A stretch of 64,000 bases of DNA from Rhizophagus irregularis (GCF_026210795.1 NC_089436.1:124001-188000), one strand, 5' to 3'. Positions 40,111-54,467 are shown, counted from the first letter of the stretch. Numbers and translations: made by a program. The notes: generated from the sequence alone by a model not told the origin.

Positions 40111-41927
40111 TATATAGATCTGCAAAGAATTTTATATATAATTTTTATCTTAAGTCTAGAGATGATCTATTTTATAAGTAAGTAGAATTCTCCTATATCC
40201 TATGATATATACCATATATACTGGATAAGAACAACTTAATTTAGTATCTTTTAAATTATTCAGTAGTAGTAGAGTTCATAACTATAATACAATCCATTTA
40301 TATGATTAAAAAAGTGTAGAACATATACAGCAGATATAATGGAGTGAACATCTAAAAATCCTTTTATAGTGGTTAACTTAGAAATACTACAATACTAGAA
40401 TTACTGATATGGTTCATTCAAAGTCTATTATAAGCTGCAATTATTATTTCAGCTTATCACAGCTGTAAATCTTCTAATAGTAATAGTAATGACTACTAGG
40501 ATAATATGCTGCTAAAGGTATTGAATTCCCTTATATTAAAAGTGATTTACTTAGCCATCTAAGGTTCACTACCAGTATATCAAATTCATTGAAAAATTGA
40601 ACTTTACTTTAGAATCTTATATATTTGTTAGTTTACAAATATCTCAATCAATCTAAACCTATTAAAAGGTAAACTACTACTAAGATATTACACTTGAGAT
40701 TTTACCATTTATAAACTCCATTTAGTATAATGAATTCTCGCAGTAAGTTCATTACATCCTTAATGGTATTGTAAAATGACTATCAAAACAAAAACTTATC
40801 CAAATGGTATGCTAATAGTGACCATTCAAACAGGATAATAGGATTCATAATGATTTTTTAAGAAACATTAAGAGAATATCATGAAATATATCATTAACCA
40901 GTATATACTAATTCACTATAATACAATTCTTCTATACTAATCCCTATACTTTTATGCTATTGGTGGTAGTATCTACAGTAAAATTTTTATAATTTCTGTG
41001 ATTAGTAAAATTAAATCTATAATCTCAATATAATTGCACTAAGGGTAATCAACTCTTTTATTAAAATATAAAAATTTATAAATTATTGTATTTAATAATT
41101 TTCATACTAATATTTACAATAAGTAATATAATTGGTAAAATTTACTCGGTAATTTCACTAATCATATTTTTATCGTAAATATATGTAAAGTACAATAGTA
41201 CTAGAATTTTACTTTCTATTAATAAATATTATTGTAGAAAATTTTAACTTTTATATGAAACTTTACTTTAGGATTTACTTAAATTCTATTAATTATTTAA
41301 CTAAAAAAAAAAAAATTATAATAATATAACATAAATTTTTCTTTTATAGTAGGATTTTTAACAAATTTTATATATAAATATATAAACCTTATCTTAAGAT
41401 TTGGGGTAATTTATTTTAGAAATAAATAGGATTCTATAATGTTACAATTATGAAATTATATATAGTCAAACCTTTATGTACCGATTCCTGGTATACTGAT
41501 AATTTTCTGTACTAATAAATTTTTATTATCCTATTTCATGTATAATAAAAAAATTATATTATATCGATATTGTATATAATTTTGCAATGTAACATATACT
41601 GATACTTTTTCTTAATTTCTTTATAATAACATATATTAAGATGTACTAATATTTTAGCTACACTAGTATTAATTCAGGTCAGCATTATAAAGTTAGTTCA
41701 AGTAAAAGATTTAATTTGAACTCTTTTGCAGTTTATTTTACTGAAATTTAATTATTTTAGCCTATTAATCAGATAGTATTTGTCTGCATTATATTACTTG
41801 TAATATATTCAATGTATTGATATTGTTTCCATTGACTATATGTCAAATAATTGTTTTATTAGGCTTATATAATAGGTACTTAATAATGATCTGATGTAAT
41901 ATTTTATATTACATTATACTATTATTA

Positions 41928-42272
41928 CCATATTTTTCCAATATTAAGCATCTCCCTGAAATTAAGCACTCCCTTACTTTGCATGATATCAAGCATAAAC
42001 TGAAAATAAGCACCTCTCCGACTACTTATTGATTTTATTATATTATCGAAAAAAACAAAAATTACAAAATTACATTATTATTGAAAAATATATTTACAAA
42101 TAAAAGAATTTAACTACTGAAACTTTTTTTTTGCAAAATTTTTTTAAATGAATTTTAAATTAATTTAAAGACGTTTAAAAGGCATTTTTCTAAACTGTCG
42201 AAATTAAACACCCCTAAACTTTTCGCACAAAATTCCTGCAAAAAAGTGGTGCTTAATATTGGAAAAATACGG
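41928..42272. mobile_element. Tc1/mariner-pogo-type MITE with TA target-site duplication
   Basis: TA|CCATATTTTTCCAATATTAAGCAT ... GTGCTTAATATTGGAAAAATACGG|TA: ~24-bp TIRs with 2 mismatches and subterminal TAAGCAC-CCC-like repeats. Confidence 0.88.
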
Positions 42273-43704
42273 TAAGTACGTCTGTATAATAATATACAAT
42301 TATTATATTTAAAAAGTTTATTTTAAATTTATATTATTTTAAATAATTTATTTTTTATTTAAATTTATTAATTTAATAAAAAAATATTAATTATATTAAA
42401 GATTTTTATATTTCAAAATTGTAAAATTTTATTTAATTTGAAAAATTATATAAGTAACTTTTATACATAAGATTTTAAATCTATTATATATTTTTTATCA
42501 AAAATTTTTTTAATGCAATCTTTATATTTTTTTTGGATTTGTATATAAAAATTAACTTTTTCAGTTAAAATTTTCCATTTTTATTAACTAGTTGAATAAT
42601 TTAATTTTATAATGTATTTTTTCTAATAAATTAAAATTTGAATTGCTAATGTATTGTTTGCTAATATAAAGAATATATAACAAATACCTATATTAGATAA
42701 TCTATTATATAAAAGTATTTGAGGAATTTTATAAAAATTTTGCTAATCAATTAATTATATTAATGGCCTACTTAAAATTATATTATTTTAAATAAATTTC
42801 TTATTCAAAAAGTAAATTATTGGATTTTTACTAATAATAAATCTTTGTATATATTTTTTTGCTGCATGTATTTAGTTATTAACTTAATATTAGATATAGA
42901 TGTATGTTTAAAACAAATTTATCATGTATTAATTTAAAATTAGAAAAAGCTGTTTTTTTGAAATGCCTAATTCTATAAATAATTATTTTTTAAAAATTAC
43001 ATTTCTTTTAATTAATATTTAAAAATTATATTTTTTTATTTGTTACTCTAACTTTTATTCTATATTATTAATAGTTTAACTGAGCTGATTCTATTAATTT
43101 AATAATTATACTTTACACTAAAGTAGTATATAATTCACTTATATTTTTATAAGTTTTTTGATTTGTTTTTATTTCACAAAATTTCTCTACTAAAAAAAAT
43201 AGTATTATTCAAATTCTTTTTTCTGGCCATTTTCAATGGTGCTGAGCAATTTTAATTAGTACAACTTGTTTAGTTTAGGCTATAGTTTTTGTGAGATCAG
43301 TCAATTTGTGTAAACTTGTATAAATAATTAATTTATACAAGAATATTTGTAGATAATTGCCAAGAAAAATCAAATGATGATAATGAAAACAATAGCTAGA
43401 TAGTGCGTAAGTTTGTTTTAATTTAATTTTAATAAAAATTTATTATAATAAATGTATAGTAAGGAATAATAATATTATTGTATAAATATAAATTTTGAAT
43501 ATTTGATTCACTTGGTAATATACTGGTTTTAATTTATAATAAATCAGATTATAAATAATGTCAATCGGCATACTGAATTGTATACTGAATGATATACTAG
43601 TATTTAATAAATTATCAATCAGTTTGTAAATTTAAACATCAAATCGAATTGTATGCCAAATAATAACTATTTGATTATCCCGAATGACTGCCCATCATTT
43701 GAAG

Positions 43705-44738
43705 TCATTCAGTGGATGCTGAATGATCACTAATTCCCGATTTGTCATCATTCAACCGGTAAATATCTATATACTCAGCTCTAGGATATTTTTCTATAAG
43801 ATAAATCCATTGTACCAAAAATCTATCCACAAATCTATATAATAATTTTCCTGTTAATGATAATGTTTTAACTCTAGCAAATGATTCCACGTAAATTAAT
43901 TTTATCCACTTTAGTCCCATTATCTAATTAAAAAAAAGAATAATAGGTTTAAATAATATATTATTTATAATAAATATTTAATTCAATATTTGTAGCTTAC
44001 TCTTGGAAGATAAGAAATAACACAAACAGGAATACAACTTCCTGGTCCATTACATATTATCTATTAATAAAAAAAAAGAATAAGTAAAATTTCAAATTAA
44101 TCAATAAAAATTTTTATACTTGAATTTCTTACTAGATCAGGTGAATCTCTTTCAAATATTAAGTTTATACTTGCTAATAATGCTTTAAAAATACTGAACG
44201 GAGTCGTTAACCATGATTGTCCTACTAGTCTACTTCTTGGTATTTTATGAACTTTATACTTATATTGAATTTCATTTAAAATAAATAATGTGCTTAGTTA
44301 GTTAGTTTATATATAATTATATAGAAAAACAAGATATATTTGAAATATGCGTAAGTTACATATTTATTACTTTTATCACCAGTTTTTCTATTTTCGAATT
44401 CATGAACTTTTTCTAAGCTTAAATGATCATTATTTGCAATAACATATATTCTTGGTCGATAAATTTTTTGAAAATCCAATCCTTCCGCCAATTGTAACAT
44501 TTCCATTGTATGACCTCCTATAAATTAAACGTAAATTAATTAAGATGAAAAAAAGAAAAGATTATCAAAGAGAGATTGAAAATTTACCGGATCCTAATAC
44601 TATACAAGTTTTAAATGGTGGTTTAGGAAGATGTATAGATCGAGTAATTTTATCTTTATGTAGTGGTAATACTTTATATAATCTCATTAAGAAAAGTAAA
44701 AGAATCAATAATGATAAGATAAAAACGAAGGTAAGCAT
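43705..44738 (-). CDS. ALG14: UDP-N-acetylglucosamine transferase subunit Alg14, multi-exon
   Basis: N-terminal TM, CIVLGSGGHTMEM, IPRSRLVGQSWLTT, NGPGSCIP, IYVESFARVKTLSLTGKLL...DRFLVQW. Confidence 0.93.
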
Positions 44739-45005
44739 ATTTAAAAAAAGAAACGGAAAATGGGGAAAGTTTTAGAATCATCAATTTTATATTAAAATAT
44801 GTTACACAAGGTAGTTTCATACGCCGCAGCATTATAAATTAAAAAAAAAATTTTTTTTTAAAAAATTTTATTAGATTTTTGTCAAATAAATTACATTTTT
44901 TTTTTTTTTGAATAAGTAAGAAATTAAAGATTGTAATATACATAAAATTAAAATAATCTGTACAAACTAATAACTAATTATAAAAATAAAGTAAAATAGA
45001 GATAG

Positions 45006-45749
45006 TTACTTAGCCACATTAATATGTGGCGTGTACCAATCAGTTTCATCATGTAAAGTAGGTTCAATTTCATTTTCATAGAAAGTCATACAAACAGCTT
45101 TAGCTTCAGAACATAATCCAAGAAATTGGACATTCTTATAAATATTTGACCAATTCTCTATAGTCATAGTATCATACCATTTGTCTTCATCACCAGTATA
45201 TAAATATTCCAATATAGGTTGAAAAGTTTCAGGAGCGGTAGGAAGAGTGATTGTTATACAATCACCAATTTTTACTCTTTCAAATATTTGACGAAAAAAG
45301 ATTGATTGAAGTATAAGATATTCTTTATGAACGAAAAAAGTATTAGGAAGAGAATCAATATGAAGTTCAGCATAAGCAGTTTTTTTATCATTATAATAAG
45401 TTGGACCTAATAAATGTAATTTTTCGAGAATGTATGTTACAGGAATGCCGTCTATTAAATGACTATGTTCGAATGAAGGTGGAAGTGCGCTTAATGGAAA
45501 TGATGCTGATGCTGGTGATGAAGTTGAGGGAGAAGATGATGAATAGGATGATGATGATGATGAATGTTCTTGAACTTGCATAACGGATTGATGATATTGA
45601 TTTTGTTGATGCGGTAGATTTCTTGGGATTTGTGAATATGATGAAAATGAATTTTGTGGATACGTATTTTGTGGAAATCCAGCGTTTTGTGGATAAGGAG
45701 AATTTTGTGGAATTGTTGAAGTCATTCTTGATGATGTTGCTGTCGACAT
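45006..45749 (-). CDS. BTB/POZ-domain protein with Q/S/P-rich N-terminus
   Basis: FFVHKEYLILQSIFF...ITLP..PETFQPILEYLYTGD BTB motif. Confidence 0.8.
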   Translation of the reverse strand: MSTATSSRMTSTIPQNSPYPQNAGFPQNTYPQNSFSSYSQIPRNLPHQQNQYHQSVMQVQEHSSSSSSYSSSSPSTSSPASASFPLSALPPSFEHSHLIDGIPVTYILEKLHLLGPTYYNDKKTAYAELHIDSLPNTFFVHKEYLILQSIFFRQIFERVKIGDCITITLPTAPETFQPILEYLYTGDEDKWYDTMTIENWSNIYKNVQFLGLCSEAKAVCMTFYENEIEPTLHDETDWYTPHINVAK

Positions 45750-47870
45750 TTTTTCTTATTTTATTTATTCCGAAGTTATTGATAAAAAAAAATATGTTTC
45801 AAATTTTATTCCTTTAAAGGAAAAGAAAAACTATTTTTTTTTTAAAAAAAAAATAAAGGAAAAAGGAAATATAATGTGTGTGTGTAAGAATATATATATA
45901 TATATAATAAATATAAATATATATATATATATTATTTTAACGTTTATTTGATGATTTTTATTTTTCTTGCTCTCTTCCTGAATGACTGACTGACAGCAAA
46001 TAAGTTTTTATGAAACAGCTCCAAAGGAGAAATAAATAAGTTCACAAACAAAGTCTATATATATTAATTTCTCCTAAAGTATAAAATAAAAAGCTTACTA
46101 GTATAGAAACGATTCCCATATCATATTATAATAATTAATATTGTTTTTTTATTGACTGAATTTGAAAATTTCTCATTGTTTTATTACAAACAATACTTTT
46201 AATAAACTTCTTGTGTTATAAATAAAAAAAATTAATTTGGTAAATAAAGAAGTCGATCTATAGAAAAATATGGTTTAGTTTTTTTATTATATGTATCTTT
46301 TAATAGGTGAAATGTTTGTATTTTAAAATATGTGCATTTCGCTAATAAAAGAACTGGCGTTCACTTGAAAAAAGATTTTTTTTAAAAAACTTAGATTATT
46401 ACTTCGCCGCTAATACTCTACTGATAACTTTTTCTTTGAACAATATGCTTTTTTAACTTTACCCATTGTCAAAAATAAATTGTCCTATCATATCCTCTTA
46501 AGAAATTTTATGTATCACGAAAAACGTAATAAACTTAAACTTTAAACTTAATTAAGCTAAATCTTTAAATTTTTATGAATGAATACATTTTTGGTGATAT
46601 ATATATGCGCAGTAAATACTATATTATCTCTCTATCGTACTACAAGTCAAACACGAGAATATAATTAAGGTGTTACAGTCAAAACACGTTGACCAAGCAC
46701 AAACCTATATCAGTTAATTTATTGATTATCTTAAAAGATCCAATTTACGCGAACCTATAACCGAAATAATATATTGAGGCTTTGATAAGAGTATTTTCCT
46801 TTTTTTTTTTTTATATGCAAGAGAGAGAGTCCAAAGCGTTTGAAGGATGCAAACAAAAAGAAATAATTATGCCATATTACATGTATCGTATCTCATTATG
46901 TACACGCGAGAATAATTATTTTTATTCCAATGTTTTTTTTTTTGTTTTGTTGATGTTTTGTTCAAATGTGCATATTCATACAATATCTATATTATATTCA
47001 ATGTCTAATTAATTACTATCAAATTTTTTTCTCAAGATGAACAATTTATTCAAATTTATATATTGTTGATATGGGATGTCATTCTTCATAAAAGTTATCC
47101 GCAGTAGGTCATTATTTTCTCCGCAATTAGATTGATTCCCCCACATTATTATTCAATTCACGTCTAATGTAGTTCATGTACTTCATGTAGTCATGTACTT
47201 TATCGCGCATACCCTACTTGTCAAGCCACGATCTTCCTGATTAGAGTGGCACGTGCATAATTGGCGTTCAGGTAGTTCAGGTATCCGCCGGATCATTTCT
47301 TAATCTGAATGAGAAAAAAAAACCCACTTTTTTTTTTGTTTATACGTTTATACATTAATCAAAACAAACGATGCAAATTCTAATTAAAAACTATCTTGAA
47401 AAATTTTTTTTTCTTTTTTTAACGAAAATTTTCTTTTTCTTAACTGCTAAAGAAATTTTTTTTTCTTTTCTTTTTAAATTTTTAATTTAATTATAATAAT
47501 TAATTACTCGCATTAGTAGACTTTAATTTAAAAATCGAGAAAAAAAAATAATTTAAACAAGATTTGTAGGTAATGTAATTCTTGTTTTTCTGAAAATAAA
47601 CAATTAGATATAAATAAATATAACACAAAAAGCAAAAATCTAATTATGATATATTTCATATAAACGAATTGGAAAAATCAATTATTACAAGATTTTTTTT
47701 TTTTTTTGACGGTTAAACTGGTTAATCGTAGAATTTAATCAAGGTACGTCATTTTTTTGGATAAGTACAGTATAACGTTTCACAGATTTAATCTTTTTTC
47801 CTTGGATCTAATACGAATTAATAATTAATCCTTCTTCAGGATCACATACAATTCTCCAAAATTCTAAACC

Positions 47871-50630
47871 ATGAGCACAACAAAAGTATTGAAAAATTTA
47901 AACATAGTTTTAGATTTAAGTTTACCGCCAAATAATAATCCCATAAAACTTACAATAACAGTTAAAAAAGGTCAATTATTATTAGATGTAGTAAGACAAT
48001 TTATGATGGAAAATAATATACCATGTTATTTAGAATTATCAATCTTATCTACTATTGAAGCATTAATTTTGGAAAGTTTGCGTAAAGATATGGAAATAGA
48101 TGCTAAAGGTACGTACGATATGAATTGGAATTTAATAATTTAAAAGAATAAAAATTTAATTGAAATATATATGAATTTTATTTTCGTAGTTAAAAATGAA
48201 TCAGAAGCGGACCAAATTAGATCAGAACTTGTAGCAAAATATCAAAAACATACAGTTCGTTTTAATGATGCTCCAGCTGAAGTAAGTTTTTTACTTTTTT
48301 CTTTAAAGAAAAATTATTTAAGTCGCAAAATCTGATTCTTAAATATAATTTATTTCTTTTACTTTTTAAAAGGATATATTTCCTAAAGCATATCATACAT
48401 TAGTTCATTCACCAGTACCATCAATTTTTGATACTTTTGTACAATTGGAGTATAATTATAAACAAGCGCTAAAAGATTTTATTAGTAAAAGAGAAAAGAA
48501 GATATCAGATATTAGTGAACAACATTTAAAAGAGGTTGAATCTATGGCAGAATCCAATAATAGATTAGATGATGGTGTAATGGAAAGACAAATTGAGGTA
48601 TTGACTTTTTTTGTAATTTTTTTTTTCTTATAAAAAATTTTCTAATTTTCTGAATACATTAACTTTTTAAGGAAGTTGAATTTCTTAAGGTAACATTAAT
48701 ATCAGAATTAGAAGAAATTCAAAGATTGCAAAAGAAAGAATATTGTAATTTTGTTTTAAAATTATATGAAGCGCATCAACGTTTGTTAACGGAACAACAA
48801 TGTAATACAATGGATGTTAATTTGGTATTCAGATTAGATGGTAGAGAAATTGTATCAGAGGTTATAAATGAAATGAAAAGAGAAGAAAAAGAAAATCAAA
48901 CTGATAAATTATCAAAAGAATTATTAAAGTTAGAAAACAAATCTACAAATGGTAGTAAATCTGCTGGAAATAGAAGTAGGGCTGGAAGTATTAGTAGTTT
49001 AGCTGATGTTGTATGTTCACCTACTTTATCTCCTATCAATATGAATAATTTTGATGAAAAGTTAACGGGTAATGGTAATGAAAATATTAATGTAAGTATG
49101 ATTATTTTCCGAATATATTATTATTTATTTTAGTAATTTAATCCTTTTGAATTCTTCATTATAGGAATATGATTCACTTTCAATAGAGAAGATAAAAGAA
49201 CTTGGCCTTGGCTTTACAGTCGATCAAGCTAAAACAGCTCTCGAGATGACCAATCGAAACTTGGTACTACATTATATTATAATTGATTTTATCTATTTAC
49301 AATAATTTTGTTTGATTTAACTTTTCCTGATTTTTATTATCCTATTATATAGGAACAAGCGTTGGAATTATTAATTGAAAATCTAGATAAAGTAAATGCA
49401 CAAATAGCAAATGGAACAAGTATACCTCCAATTCCACGACGTTCTTCAACTCCAATTATTAGTCAAACACAACAACAATCTTTACGTCGTACCAAATCAA
49501 GCGGTAGACAATTGCAGATAACAGCACACCAAAATCAAAAACAAGAGAAAAAAGGTTGGACACCAATGATGTTTCTTCAACAAAAAAATATGACGACCCA
49601 ATCACAAAATTCTTCCGTTAAAAAATTAAGTGTATGGTTTAATCGAGCTATGGAAAATTTTGGGTTTGAAGAAGGCAATGGAAATGGGAATAATATTATG
49701 GATGATTCTCGTTTAGTTGAATCGTTTACAATATCGTTAGGAAATCAAGTTAAAGTTACTCATAATCTTAGATTATTAGTTTCTGATATGGATGAATTAC
49801 TTGAATATTCTAATGAACCTACTCGTAATATGGCTTATATAGCTCAAACTGCTGCTAATTTATATTCTCAAGATTTAACCGCTATCATTTTGTTATTAAC
49901 TCCAAGAGATTGGCCTAAATATAAATTAGGAAAAAGTGCCAATAAAAAATTTTTTGAGAGATGTAATGAAACTACGGAGTTTCATTTTGATAAGGTTGAA
50001 ACTCAATTAGAAGCTATTGAAAATGATTATCCTATTGATAGTTCTTCTTTAAAAGAAGGTATGAATACTACTTATTCAAAATTTAATTGTATTATTGCTA
50101 ATAAAAATGTTTATATAATTAGGTGATTTCTTTATTACGAGACATTCCAACTTACCTTTAGTTCATGTAGTATTTCATTTGGTGATTGATTTTGAATGTA
50201 AGTTATTTAATCATATTATTTATCAATAGATTTATATAAGTAAAATATTTACCTTTTCCTTTTTTTTTTCATAGCAATTCAAAAATCAGAATTAACATAT
50301 CGTTCACGTGTAATAGATGGATTACGTAATATATTAAGAACAGTAAACAGATTTGATATTTCGACAATATCACTACCATTTTTAATGTTACCGTCAGATG
50401 TTGATGTATTTTCCGATCCAAATTTAGATGAAAAATTACTTTATCGTAGAGGTGAATTAGTATTAAAATGTACCAAAGGTTTTATGATTGAAAATAGTAG
50501 ATTACCTAAACATGTTACCGCAAAAGAAAATGATGCTAAAACTGTTTCATTTTTATTACCTAAAACTGCTAATGAACAACAATTTCATGAATTTAGACAT
50601 TTATTAACGATGATTTTTAGAGCAAGTTAA
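47871..50630 (+). CDS. C12orf4 / FERRY subunit 3 (DUF2362) homologue with internal UBA-like domain, multi-exon
   Basis: FPKAYHTLVHS, QKKEY.NFV, ESFTISLGNQVKVTHNLRL, TTEFHF, GDFFITRHSNLPLVHVVFHLV, RRGELVLKCTKGF motifs typical of DUF2362. Confidence 0.82.
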
Positions 50631-53137
50631 AAAGAATGTAAATTAGGAAAGTAAAGAAAAAAGGGAAAAAAGAAAGAAAAAAGAGGAGCTAACTTCTCTT
50701 AGAGAAGTGAAGGTTTAATTAAATATATTATTTATTTATTTTGTTTTATTTTGTTTTAATATTATTAATATTATTTGATTTTGACTCAAAAGTATTATTA
50801 TTTATTACAGTTAGGAAGTTAGCGTATTAAATTATAATATTGGGGTTATGAATAAGTAAGGAAAAATAATGAATTGATGGATGGATTTTTTTATTTATTT
50901 TGTTATATATAATATCTAAATATTAAAAGACTAAAAGAATTAATGTTGGATATATCAATAAAGGGAATAAGAGAGGAATATTAATAGCTGATAGGAGAAA
51001 GGGCATATTTATGTAAAATCAATTAATGGATTTCTGTAAAATATTAGATAAAGATGTTTTAATTATTAATTCAGGTTTAATGGATATAGTAACACGTTAG
51101 TTTTTAATGTTTATATTTTATTCATTTTATTTATCTATTTATTCTATTATAAATTTAATCATTAATAAGTCATTAAAATACAAGATTAGTTTAAAATTTT
51201 ATTTTATCATTTTTTGAAGATCGCATGAGCTTTCCATTGTGAATGCGCAAAATAAAATCTTTCCGAGATAGCTGATGGTCCAACATGAGATCAAAGCAAC
51301 TTTCTCTCATCGATTCGGTTCGGGTATATCACTAAAACAAAACCGCGTAATCACGTGATCAAATGATCTACATTCAAATTTCTCAGTAGCATACCCGGTA
51401 GAAATCTTTCATATCAGTTATTACCCATAATATTTGTACCAGGTTCAACCTCATACTTTCGGCTTATCTCATTAACTTTACCCACAATAGTTTACGCGGA
51501 ATTCCGAAGTATCATAGAAATATTTAATAAGACAAATCTTTTCTTTTTAAGAGACTGAGGAAGAAAGCTTTTAACGTTGTAAAACAAGTGACTCATTAGG
51601 TGAAAATGAATAAATTGTCTGACTTTAATATTGCATTCTTCCTTAATCAGTACATTTACTATTTCTGGAGTTTCGAAAAAAAGTCGATTTTTTTTCATTG
51701 ACAAAGATAATTGTTACTTTGAGGAAACTGAATAATTTATTTGCCAGATAGTAAAACTATATTATGGACCTTTTACATTAAATATTGAATTGAAGAGCTG
51801 TAAGTTTTTTAGTTGCCATCTACCAATTCTCTCTTTTTTTTTAAAAAAAACTTACAATTTATATATTATTCTAATTGTATAGCATTGCCACAACCTCAGG
51901 TATAAATTACATGGACTTGTTGTTATATATTTGAAAAAAAGAAATCGAATTTTTATTTGCGCATATAAGCAACCGGGTTCTTGAGATCATGTGGGTTATA
52001 CTAGAATGTTGACTTTTATACTATTTATAATAAAGCATTCCTATTAGTTTTAAGTTGTGCAGATGGCCATATTGTGACAGTACATGCCATATAGTTATCC
52101 GTATCGGAAGAATAAAACTCTCCGTTTCTGAAATTTGAAAAGTCAATTCATTATATATTGACAGTAGATGAGTGGACAGAGGTTAATCATTGACTTTGGG
52201 GAAATAATGTCAAATATTTTATCCAGTTGTTAAAGATTTTGAAGGAACGTAATTCTAAGTTCCAACTGCAGTAGTGTATCGTATTAGTTTCATCGGGAAT
52301 AATTTGTAAAGATACGAAAAAACATATGAAGGCAGAGAAAATCGTTGATTAGAATTTTCTTTGCATTGTGCAGAAAACAGATCGATAAGTTTACTTATCA
52401 TCACGTGATTTGTTAAACGAGGTAAATGGATTGTATTTTTTATATGTTTCGTTCTGCAATGAATTATATCTTAATTACATCATTCATTTATAGACAAGAT
52501 TACATAGTAATCTAGCCTTAAATGACGTTATTGACGTTTATTCCGTTTTATTCTTTTATAATCTGCGTTATAAAATAGAATGGGTAAAATGCGTCTAGAT
52601 GGACTTCAAGTTTCGGGTAAAACGGAGTAAGGATAACAGATTAAGGATGTTAATATTTAATTGGCTATCTATGAATATGATGATTATCTTTGGTTTGTGC
52701 ACGATGGCCGCATTCACGAAAACATAATTGATAATTTGTGTTGTCAGCGTTTGCGGTCATAAGTTGTAACTCGTAAAGACACAAAGACACAAACACGATA
52801 ATATATCTGAACCATATTTAGTTTTGATTGTTTGTTTAAGGAGAGAATCGCATCTGAAAATAAAGAATTCCATAGATACAAGGAGTTATTCAGGTTTATT
52901 CCCACGTCTATTCATAATTTGTTTCCCCATATTCTTATTTATAATTTTATATTTGTATTTTTATTGGTTATATTTAAACTTAATAAAATGTTTTTATTAT
53001 TAAAAAAAAAAACTGAAATGAAATTGTCCAATTATAATATATTTTTTTTTTAATTATTAATCTACTCTAAAATTCATGCTCTGGTATATTTGATCTAATA
53101 TTTGAACTATTATATATAATAAGTTATTTTGTGGTAT

Positions 53138-53290
53138 TAGTACGAAAAATTTTATTTAGAACTATATCTAGTACGAAAATTTTTATTTAGAAATATCAAA
53201 CTATTTAGTACGAAAATTTTTATTTAAAAACTACCTAGTACGAAAATTTTTATTTAAAACTATCTAGTACGAAAATTTTATTTAGAATTA
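53138..53290. repeat. Minisatellite: five copies of TAGTACGAAAATTTTTATTTA core
   Basis: Five cores with period ~29-37 nt and mutually similar linkers (AACTAT-like). Confidence 0.9.
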
Positions 53291-53325
53291 ATAAATAATA
53301 TTTTACTAAAATTAAAATTAGCAGC

Positions 53326-54467
53326 TTAATTTCTTCCACGTTGATCAGGAAAACCATTTAATTTAGTGTGAGCGGTAATGGTATCTACAAATAATTCACA
53401 ACATTTTCATAATCTTTCAACATCTCCAAGCCTTAGTGACGTTACATATGTTGGTAATTCATCCACAAGCAGTAAAAAAACTTTACATTCTATTTCATGT
53501 TTCTCACAAAGTTTATAAAATGCCGGTGCTATGTTCATTCCACTTTCACATTACATAATTTTTGATCGTGTAATCGTAATAGTCGCTCAGCCATATCATG
53601 ATCAGTATATATTCCATAGAGCAGAGAAATAACAAATTGTAATTCTTGGAACGAATAGATTGTAAGGTGGAGGAAATATTCAAAAGACAAAAAGGAATTT
53701 CACAATCAGAGTTGTTGGCGAATCTTCCATATTATTTGATAATTTGGAGTACCGCACAACGACAATGACATCGTCCTGATAAATCCATCACGTCGATTTT
53801 ATCTATAAAAGTTAAATATTATATTTTAAGTAATAATCTTAATACAAACTTACTTAAACTTTGCAAAATATACCTGGTAGTATAACATTGTTGTCAAGCA
53901 TTATCAAGTTCACAATCTTCGAATTATATCCATCGCTATACTATATGGGAAAAAAAGAAATAAGAATTAATATTAAATTAATTTGATTCAATATTGATTA
54001 ATATTTATACATAATTATAATTACGTTGTGGTCTTGTGGTCTCGGAACTTCAATACGAAAAATTTTTGGTGTTACAAATTCATGGAGAAGAGCGTTCAAT
54101 CTTAACAATCACTGTCAATAATTAAAGTTAAAAAATTAGCAGTGAGATTTACTAAAGACACTACCCGTTCCAGTTGAAAAACTTACGTTGGTGCTAAACC
54201 ATATTCCAGACTCGTAGTATGTGGTGGCTTGCGAAGGCAAGCCCTACTAGTGATACTTCAGCTAAGGTCTTCCAAAAGCTCCATCTTCCCCCTAAGATTA
54301 ATACAGAAAAATGAAACATGTAAAATCTTGTTCACTTGTAACAAACAATTCGTTACGCTATTCATAGTGAACTTTTGTAGGCGTCGTATATACGGTAACA
54401 CTATTTTATGAGTGTCGTTGCTTTCAATAAGAGGATTTATGGAAAATAGGGAAGAATTGACATTCAT
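53326..54467 (-). pseudogene. Decayed spliced gene of unknown family
   Basis: Higher-GC exon-like blocks bounded by GT/AG sites (e.g. LNALLHEFVTPKIFRIEVPRPQDHN; ESGMNIAPAFYKLCEKHEIECKVFLLLVDELPTY) with in-frame stops and frameshifts. Confidence 0.5.

Larger units (their letters stand above)
38000..43600. other. AT-rich, CpG-depleted tract of decayed transposon remnants
   Basis: No long ORFs, very few CG dinucleotides, embedded TIR elements and duplicated blocks. Confidence 0.65.

Noticed and set aside
50700..52600. Structured RNA or gene in the long intergenic stretch
   Set aside because: No tRNA cloverleaf, rRNA, snRNA or riboswitch motif recognised; short ORFs lack coding features.
53138..53290. 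CRISPR-like repeat/spacer pattern
   Set aside because: Linkers are only ~8-16 nt and similar to each other, there are no cas genes, and the context is eukaryotic; it is a minisatellite.
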